IMG/VR virus record: IMGVR_UViG_3300017766_003100
Location: 1-64,000 of that record
Length of the DNA stretch: 64,000 bases
Source of the DNA: a virus
Lineage: Duplodnaviria > Caudoviricetes
Reading direction: 5' to 3' (one strand)
Within the stretch, counting starts at the first letter, position 1, and every line of letters begins with the position of its first letter. Both the position numbers and the translations under genes were made by a program. The notes under the pieces were generated by a model that made no database searches, was not told where the DNA came from, and saw only the letters and a program-made list of their open reading frames with translations. This document shows, one piece after another, positions 57,815 to 64,000 of this stretch.

Positions 57815-58288
57815 TTACATTATTTTTTTTAATAAATTATTTATCCTTTTAAGGCTTTCAGTAACTTCCAAATTATATTTTGCAAGTGTACTTTTATGTT
57901 CTTGACTTGTTCTTAAATCGTGACCAACGTTTTGGTCTTTTTCGTGTGGTTGAATAAATTGATTAGGTAGAACTACTGACCTTATTTCTTTTGTTCTATA
58001 CGCGTCATCTCTCATTGAGTTTAAAGTTTGATTTACCCAATTCTTCATATAATCACCCCCATTTAATACAAATGGTTTGTCAGTATTATTACCTTGAAAA
58101 TTATCAAAGAAATTTTTGATTCTTTTCAATTGTTGGTAAGTAACATAACCCGTATCTCTAAGTTCTCTGTTTCTCCTAAATCCCTCAACACTATCATCGG
58201 CATCAGGTACAACGTCATTACATTGTTTAAGATAAACAACAACTTCTTCAGGTAATTCTATCTTTTCTCCGTATAAATCTTTATTCAC
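57815..58288 (-). CDS. Putative head-cargo protein
   Basis: C-terminal VTESLKRINNLLKKIM. Confidence 0.65.
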   Translation of the reverse strand: MNKDLYGEKIELPEEVVVYLKQCNDVVPDADDSVEGFRRNRELRDTGYVTYQQLKRIKNFFDNFQGNNTDKPFVLNGGDYMKNWVNQTLNSMRDDAYRTKEIRSVVLPNQFIQPHEKDQNVGHDLRTSQEHKSTLAKYNLEVTESLKRINNLLKKIM

Positions 58289-59156
58289 CTTGTTTTAATA
58301 TATTAATAAGTTTAGATATACTAATTCCTTCTTTCTTTGCCAATTTTTTTATTGATTCCAAATTTTTTGAGATAATCTTACTCAATCCACTTGTCTCATT
58401 ATCTTTTTCCATTATCTCGTGGTCGTTACCTTTTTTTGTTAAAATATCTTCGACCATTTTCATCATTTTCTGTTTTTTGATTTCCTCCAAATATTCTTTT
58501 TCAGTTAATCTTCTCTTAGCAAAACAATTTTTACATTTACCTCTTTGTTTTTGGTTTTTTAAAGATTTGTCAAGTTTTTTATCAAAACCTAATGTTTCCA
58601 ATCTATCATTCATTTCAATATCATCTTCAATACCCATATCCGATAAAATATGTTCAGCTTCGTCATAACTTTTAGCATTTTCAGTTTCTTTATAACCAAA
58701 AGCATCGGAAAAATCTATTTCAGAAATAACATCATCGTTTTCGTCTTCACTTTCACCATAATAAACACGATAACCTCTTGTAACAGGGTCATTTGAAATC
58801 CTTGTATTAACAACAGTTTGGTCCATTGTTTTTCTAGGCGCTAAGTACATATTATATATTGGTGTCTTAGATGTCAACATTGTACCATCACTATCCACAT
58901 ATTCATCAATTTCAATGTTATCCATTTGTTTATCAATTTCACCTTTAGATACTTTCTTTTTTGATTTGATAAACTTATCAATTGACTTTTTAACTTTTTC
59001 TAAACTCTTGGTTTTAAATTGTCTTTTCTCCTCTTTATTTTTTGATTCATTCAAAGTACTACTATAGACACTATAAGATACAACCACCTTATCACCATTA
59101 ACCTTTAGGTTAAAGTAACAATTGTCATTAAAATACTCTTTATTAAAATTAATCAT
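58281..59156 (-). CDS. Hypothetical protein
   Basis: 291 aa; TATTTAT 22 nt upstream (59178-59172); LNE/LTE motifs. Confidence 0.7.
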   Translation of the reverse strand: MINFNKEYFNDNCYFNLKVNGDKVVVSYSVYSSTLNESKNKEEKRQFKTKSLEKVKKSIDKFIKSKKKVSKGEIDKQMDNIEIDEYVDSDGTMLTSKTPIYNMYLAPRKTMDQTVVNTRISNDPVTRGYRVYYGESEDENDDVISEIDFSDAFGYKETENAKSYDEAEHILSDMGIEDDIEMNDRLETLGFDKKLDKSLKNQKQRGKCKNCFAKRRLTEKEYLEEIKKQKMMKMVEDILTKKGNDHEIMEKDNETSGLSKIISKNLESIKKLAKKEGISISKLINILKQGE

Positions 59157-59208
59157 TACAAATTTTTCTTAATAAATACTTTGATTTAGAGTATTTATCA
59201 TTAAAAAT

Positions 59209-61542
59209 ATGTCATATCAAAATATAAATCAATTTAATCGTAATAATCTATTTCCAACTTTGAGTTTGGATACTTACGATATGTCTTTAACAACTGATGA
59301 ATTGGGATTCAATCAGGAGGTAGTTTTTTCTCCGTATTTAATTGCTCAAACATTTGGTAATAGATTGCCTTTTTATTTTAATCTGAATAGTTCTGCAACA
59401 ACACAAAACCTAAATTTAACTTATAAAAATTACAATTTTAATAATATATTTGTATCTGAAAATTACTACAACCCAAAAGAAGAAATATTAAGTTGTGAAT
59501 TATCAGGAACATCTTGTGATATTGGGTTGACAGGTATTGACAATGGTTTGGTGACTGGTATGACTGGTGAAACAATTATTTTTACTGAAGGATTATTACC
59601 AAACAATTTAATGTTTAATCGTTATTACTATGATAGACGATTAAAATTACATCAAGTTACTGGATTTACTTCAAGTAATGTAATGTTTTCAGGATTTAAC
59701 AAAAATATTTTATATGAAGTTGTAAGTAAGAATGACCCTTATGTTGGTTATTATCACGAACTTTATGGTGGGTTCTATCAAGGATTTTATCGTTTGTTTG
59801 GATATGATTATAATATTTTTCCTGAAAGGATGAATAAGGGATGGTCAATTGAAATGATATTGAAACCAAGATTAATTAATGAATATTCTGGAACAACGGG
59901 TGAAACCACATTAAACGAAATATATCCAAATAATAAGAACTTTTTCTTTTATATTGGTACAAGAGCTGAAAATAAATTTTATCATCACGCTGATGGAAGT
60001 CCAATTTGCACAAGTGGTTATACGAGAGTAACATCAGGTTTAACTGGATTATCAACTTGTGCTTGTTGTGATTATAATGTTACAAATAGTAGATGTATCT
60101 ATGTTTACCCTCCACGTTCAGTTAATGGAGTTCACGACCCCCATGTGAATTATGGTTGTGATAAATGTGGTGGAAATTCTCATACTAAAATAACTTGTGG
60201 TTGTGGTTGTAATGATTTACCTTGTCAGACTTGTGGGTGGGAATGTCAAACACATACTTGTGGCACAATAATTCAAGTCACTCCAACACCTACACCAACA
60301 CCATCACCAACTCCATTTTGTGACCCATTTCCACCTCAAACAACTTGTACACCAACTTGTACTAATTGTGAAAATTGCACAGATTGTAACGATTGTACTT
60401 CAGGATTCACATCAATTGAAGATACTTGTGAAAAGAATCCATTATTGGATACGATGAGTAATTCTTTGGGTATTAGATTATGTGGTGACCCTAAAAATCC
60501 TGGTATTGGTATTAGATTTTTAAGATTTACTGGAGGATGTGAAGTTAGCGGTACTTGTACGACAGGATTAACATATGAGACAGGTTATACTATAACTGAT
60601 ATTTGTACACCACCAATCTATCCTGATTGTGAAAAAATTAATCCAGCTTGGTTAGAAGAAGAACATTGGTTTCAGGTTGATGTTGTTTGGGAAAGGTATA
60701 ACTTTTTGGATGAATGTGATTTATTTTGGAGAGGTGGTTTAGGTGATATTACTAAAAAACTTTATTTGGAAAGTTTGGCAAATAATACGGTATCATTAAT
60801 TGAACCTCCATATACAAGAGGAGAATCCGCATTACAAGTTGAATTAATTAACTTAAATGAAAAATGGTTAATTGATGGAAAAAATAGATTGGGCAGATTG
60901 AAAATTTATATCAATGGTAAAATATTTTATACAATTGAAAATTTTGAAGAGATAATCCCAAGGGCATTAAATACGGATAAGGAAAAACAAGTTGGTGTGC
61001 CATTTAATATTTCTTGGGGTGGTGGTACTCAAGGATTAAGAGAGAATTTAACGTTCTCATCAATGACACAACCATACGGTCCTTATATTCAAGACCCTGA
61101 ATGTTTTCCAATTAATGATTTAAGTGGTACAACTTTAAGTGGTTTAAACACAAATATATTAATCGAACAAAATTTTGCGGGTACATTTGAGGGGGCAATA
61201 TCTCAGTTTAGAATGTATGTTTCACCATTATCAGCACCTGAAGTGAAACATAATTTCTTATTATTAAAAAATCCATTTGGGATGTTTAATCCTGATTGTC
61301 CTGATTGTTCAACAATTGTTTGTGAGGTAAATGATTTAACGTACACAATTACAGAATTGTCACCAACACCAACGCCAACTAATACACCAACAACGACACC
61401 TAGACCAACACCATCAGTGACACCAACGAATACGGTGACACCAACAATGACTGTTACACCATCACATACACCAAGACCAACAAGAACACCTACAAAAACA
61501 CCAACACCAACTCCAACACCGAGTAAAAGTATTTGTGTCTAA
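59209..61542 (+). CDS. Cys-rich LamG/ConA-like structural protein with Pro-Thr tail
   Basis: About 35 Cys; GRLKIYING and FEGAISQFRMY..PL...EV LamG-like motifs; (PT)n linkers. Confidence 0.65.
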   Translation: MSYQNINQFNRNNLFPTLSLDTYDMSLTTDELGFNQEVVFSPYLIAQTFGNRLPFYFNLNSSATTQNLNLTYKNYNFNNIFVSENYYNPKEEILSCELSGTSCDIGLTGIDNGLVTGMTGETIIFTEGLLPNNLMFNRYYYDRRLKLHQVTGFTSSNVMFSGFNKNILYEVVSKNDPYVGYYHELYGGFYQGFYRLFGYDYNIFPERMNKGWSIEMILKPRLINEYSGTTGETTLNEIYPNNKNFFFYIGTRAENKFYHHADGSPICTSGYTRVTSGLTGLSTCACCDYNVTNSRCIYVYPPRSVNGVHDPHVNYGCDKCGGNSHTKITCGCGCNDLPCQTCGWECQTHTCGTIIQVTPTPTPTPSPTPFCDPFPPQTTCTPTCTNCENCTDCNDCTSGFTSIEDTCEKNPLLDTMSNSLGIRLCGDPKNPGIGIRFLRFTGGCEVSGTCTTGLTYETGYTITDICTPPIYPDCEKINPAWLEEEHWFQVDVVWERYNFLDECDLFWRGGLGDITKKLYLESLANNTVSLIEPPYTRGESALQVELINLNEKWLIDGKNRLGRLKIYINGKIFYTIENFEEIIPRALNTDKEKQVGVPFNISWGGGTQGLRENLTFSSMTQPYGPYIQDPECFPINDLSGTTLSGLNTNILIEQNFAGTFEGAISQFRMYVSPLSAPEVKHNFLLLKNPFGMFNPDCPDCSTIVCEVNDLTYTITELSPTPTPTNTPTTTPRPTPSVTPTNTVTPTMTVTPSHTPRPTRTPTKTPTPTPTPSKSICV
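61360..61527 (+). repeat. In-frame Pro-Thr repeat
   Basis: SPTPTPTNTPTTTPRPTPSVTPT... Confidence 0.9.
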
Positions 61543-61587
61543 TTTTCTTAATCTTAGTATTTATCTAAAATGTGATTTTTAAGAAAT

Positions 61588-62514
61588 ATGACATCAATTA
61601 TAATTCAAAGTGTTAATTATTCAGGGGAAAGTGCAAGTATTGTTTTTACTCCACATAATTCGAATATTCCAATTAATTTGGGTGTTCAAGTATTACCTTA
61701 TTTGTTCGACCCAAGTTTATTAACACCACCATATGATGTTTATGGTACATACACAATTTTGACATTAAATTCAAGTTGTCCATTAATTCTTAATGTACCA
61801 GCACCAACTTCTACACCAACACCAACAATTACACCGACAAGAACTTCAACACCAACTCCAACTCCAACGGTGACACCAACACCGACTTTTGACCCGTGTA
61901 AAGTTCCATCACCTACACCAACACCAACACAGACTGCGACACCTACTCCGACTATATCGATAACACCAACAGTAACACCATCGTTAAATCCTTGTGTTAC
62001 TCCATCTAAATCACCTGGTGTAACTAAAACACCTACACCTACACCAACTGTGACACCAACTAATACGGTAACACCAACTGTTACTCCAACGGTAACTCCG
62101 ACAGTGACACCGACAAAAACAAGTACACCAACACCTACTAAAACAAGTACACCAACTCCAACACCATCACCAGGTGCACCTGAAACACCAAAGATTTATT
62201 GGGGTAAATTTAGTGGAGGTACTATTACTAGTGGTGATACAATTTTATTGTCAAGTGGTTATACTTCTAATCCAACAAATACTTATAGAAGTATTCCAAG
62301 TGGTTTCGCTTATGGTTATATTCTAATACCAACTGGTTTAACACAACCATCAGAATTTAGAAATAGTAATGTAGGTTGTTCAGGTAGTAATATACCATTT
62401 AACAATATAGGTACGATAATCATAGTAGACGCTAACGGATTTAGCATAACATATAATGTTTACAGAACTTTCTTCCAAATCACTGATGGTTTCGATGTAT
62501 GGTTATGTAGTTAA
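61588..62514 (+). CDS. Mucin-like Pro-Thr-rich structural protein
   Basis: About 120-aa (PT)n linker, punctuated by DPC/NPC, between two small beta domains. Confidence 0.75.
   Translation: MTSIIIQSVNYSGESASIVFTPHNSNIPINLGVQVLPYLFDPSLLTPPYDVYGTYTILTLNSSCPLILNVPAPTSTPTPTITPTRTSTPTPTPTVTPTPTFDPCKVPSPTPTPTQTATPTPTISITPTVTPSLNPCVTPSKSPGVTKTPTPTPTVTPTNTVTPTVTPTVTPTVTPTKTSTPTPTKTSTPTPTPSPGAPETPKIYWGKFSGGTITSGDTILLSSGYTSNPTNTYRSIPSGFAYGYILIPTGLTQPSEFRNSNVGCSGSNIPFNNIGTIIIVDANGFSITYNVYRTFFQITDGFDVWLCS
61801..62175 (+). repeat. In-frame Pro-Thr repeat
   Basis: acacca/actcca codon repeats. Confidence 0.9.
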
Positions 62515-62527
62515 AATAAAATAATTA

Positions 62528-64000
62528 ATGGGTTCTTTTAGTTTATCAGGTGGTGTTGAAGTTTTTGGTTTTATTTCTCCCAGTAATACCACAGACCAAT
62601 ATCCAGTTATTGACCCCTTATATGGTATTGATGGTTTAAGAAACGTTAATACTTTAAGTGACTTAAATTTAATTCCAACACTTAGAAGAAGGGCTGGTAT
62701 GATTGTGGGTGTAAGTGGAGGAACAACATACTATAAACTTAATTCCCCACCTTGGTCTTTAACATTATCAGATTGGACTATATTCAATTCTGGTAGTGGA
62801 GGTGATTTTCTTCCATTGTCAGGTGGGACTGTTAGTGGTGGAACTATATTCACAAATGGATTAACAGCAAACACATTTTCAGCAACCACATATTTGGGGT
62901 TACCCTCTGACATTTATGTGTCAGGATTCACCTATTTGGATAATATATTGACAATACAAAGAAGTTCGGGAAATCCGAATTTGTTTGTTACAATTAATGA
63001 TTTCACTGGATTAACAATTAATGGTAATTTAAATGTCACTGGAAATACAATTGTTGATGGTATTAGTGCCAATACTATTTCCGCTTCAACATATCTTAAT
63101 TTACCTATTGATGTATTCGTAACTGGTGGAACATACGATAATGTAACTGGTATTGCAACATTTACAAATAACACTGGTGGAACATTTAATATCAGTGGTT
63201 TATTCACAGGGTCAACTGATGTATTTGTTACAGGTGGAACTTATAGTGATAATACATTTACATTCACAAATAACACTGGTGGAACTTTTAATGTTTCATT
63301 TAATTCTGTATCAGGTTTAACTATAAATGGCGATTTAAATGTAACTGGAAATACGATTGTTGATGGTATTACGGCAAATACAATATCAGCAACAACATAT
63401 CAAAATTTACCAATTGACCCAGATACATATATAACCGCATTTACATACAATAATAATACATTAACCATTGATGATAATTCAGGGAATACATTTAACACAA
63501 CAATTAATGATTTCACTGGATTAACAATTAATGGAGATTTAAGTGTTACTGGTTCTTCCGTAGTTAATAGTTTAACCGCAAATACAATATCAGGTAGTTC
63601 ATACACAATTACAAATTCAACTCAAAATAATTCATTAGATGAATTTTTAGTTATAGATGGTAATGGAGATTTTTTTACTAGAAATTTCAATAGCATTAAT
63701 AAACTTGATAATACAATTACCGTTGCTTTAAGTGGTGGTAGTGCGGATTTTACATCCATTGAAAGTGCTGTAAATAGTATAACTGGTTCGTCTTCAGCTA
63801 ATACTTATGTTGTTCAAGTTGCTGGTGGAGTTTATTATGAAAATCCATTCACAATACCAACGTGGGTTTCAGTTGTTGGTGAAAGTTCAGTATCAACGAT
63901 AATTGAAGCAATTGACCCTTCTCAAACATTAATTAAATTAAGTGACCAATCGGCATTATTTGATTGTCAAGTACAAGGATGTACGGGAATTGGAGTTTCA
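62528..64000 (+). CDS. Tail fibre/spike, 5' part (open to window end; absent from the ORF track)
   Basis: Own translation: MGSFSLSGGVEVFGFISP... 491 codons without a stop; TINDFTGLTING.L.VTG repeats; ADFTSIESAV...VQVAGGVYYE start of a pectin-lyase-like beta-helix. Confidence 0.8.
   Translation, partial: MGSFSLSGGVEVFGFISPSNTTDQYPVIDPLYGIDGLRNVNTLSDLNLIPTLRRRAGMIVGVSGGTTYYKLNSPPWSLTLSDWTIFNSGSGGDFLPLSGGTVSGGTIFTNGLTANTFSATTYLGLPSDIYVSGFTYLDNILTIQRSSGNPNLFVTINDFTGLTINGNLNVTGNTIVDGISANTISASTYLNLPIDVFVTGGTYDNVTGIATFTNNTGGTFNISGLFTGSTDVFVTGGTYSDNTFTFTNNTGGTFNVSFNSVSGLTINGDLNVTGNTIVDGITANTISATTYQNLPIDPDTYITAFTYNNNTLTIDDNSGNTFNTTINDFTGLTINGDLSVTGSSVVNSLTANTISGSSYTITNSTQNNSLDEFLVIDGNGDFFTRNFNSINKLDNTITVALSGGSADFTSIESAVNSITGSSSANTYVVQVAGGVYYENPFTIPTWVSVVGESSVSTIIEAIDPSQTLIKLSDQSALFDCQVQGCTGIGVS

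Noticed and set aside
61360-62175. Non-coding VNTR, telomere-like or origin iterons (acacca repeats)
   Set aside because: Third-position variation preserves Pro-Thr, so the repeats are protein-level
1-64000. Stop-codon reassignment as in some large phages
   Set aside because: Core genes are full length in code 11, coding density is high, and TAG/TGA end genes at sensible positions (for example the MCP ends in TAG)

Overview
AT-rich segment of a large T4-like tailed phage genome read in the standard genetic code. The host is almost certainly Bacteroidota: TTTG-N19/20-TAnnTTTG promoters, no Shine-Dalgarno sites, Gln after signal-peptide cleavage, and a Bacteroidota-type bS21. Layout: (i) 1-9.4 kb accessory genes: RNA ligase, zincin, membrane/lysis-like cluster, an unannotated lipoprotein, an endonuclease, an unannotated tmRNA and an M20/M28 peptidase. 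(ii) ClpC-like ATPase divergent from a double-UVR protein, KTSC and a nucleotidyltransferase. (iii) Head module: terminase, portal split by an HNH-carrying intein, antisense rpsU, prohead protease, scaffold, major capsid protein, then putative head-cargo proteins. (iv) Minus-strand block: Cys-rich repeat protein, baseplate hub/spike, gp55-like late sigma factor, about 13 kb of glycosyltransferases and methyltransferases with PhoH, dUTPase and an exonuclease, and a stand-alone WYL protein. (v) Cys-rich, Pro-Thr mucin-like proteins and a tail spike running off the right end. Most interesting: a recurrent E-x3-(R/H/Q)-I-x2-L helix plus (L/I)xE cleavage motif shared by the scaffold and many unrelated proteins (candidate capsid-loading code); a glycosylation cluster next to mucin-like virion proteins; and a phage proteostasis set (tmRNA with a long atypical tag, ClpC, UVR adaptor). 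All family calls come from motif recognition by eye, without database searches.
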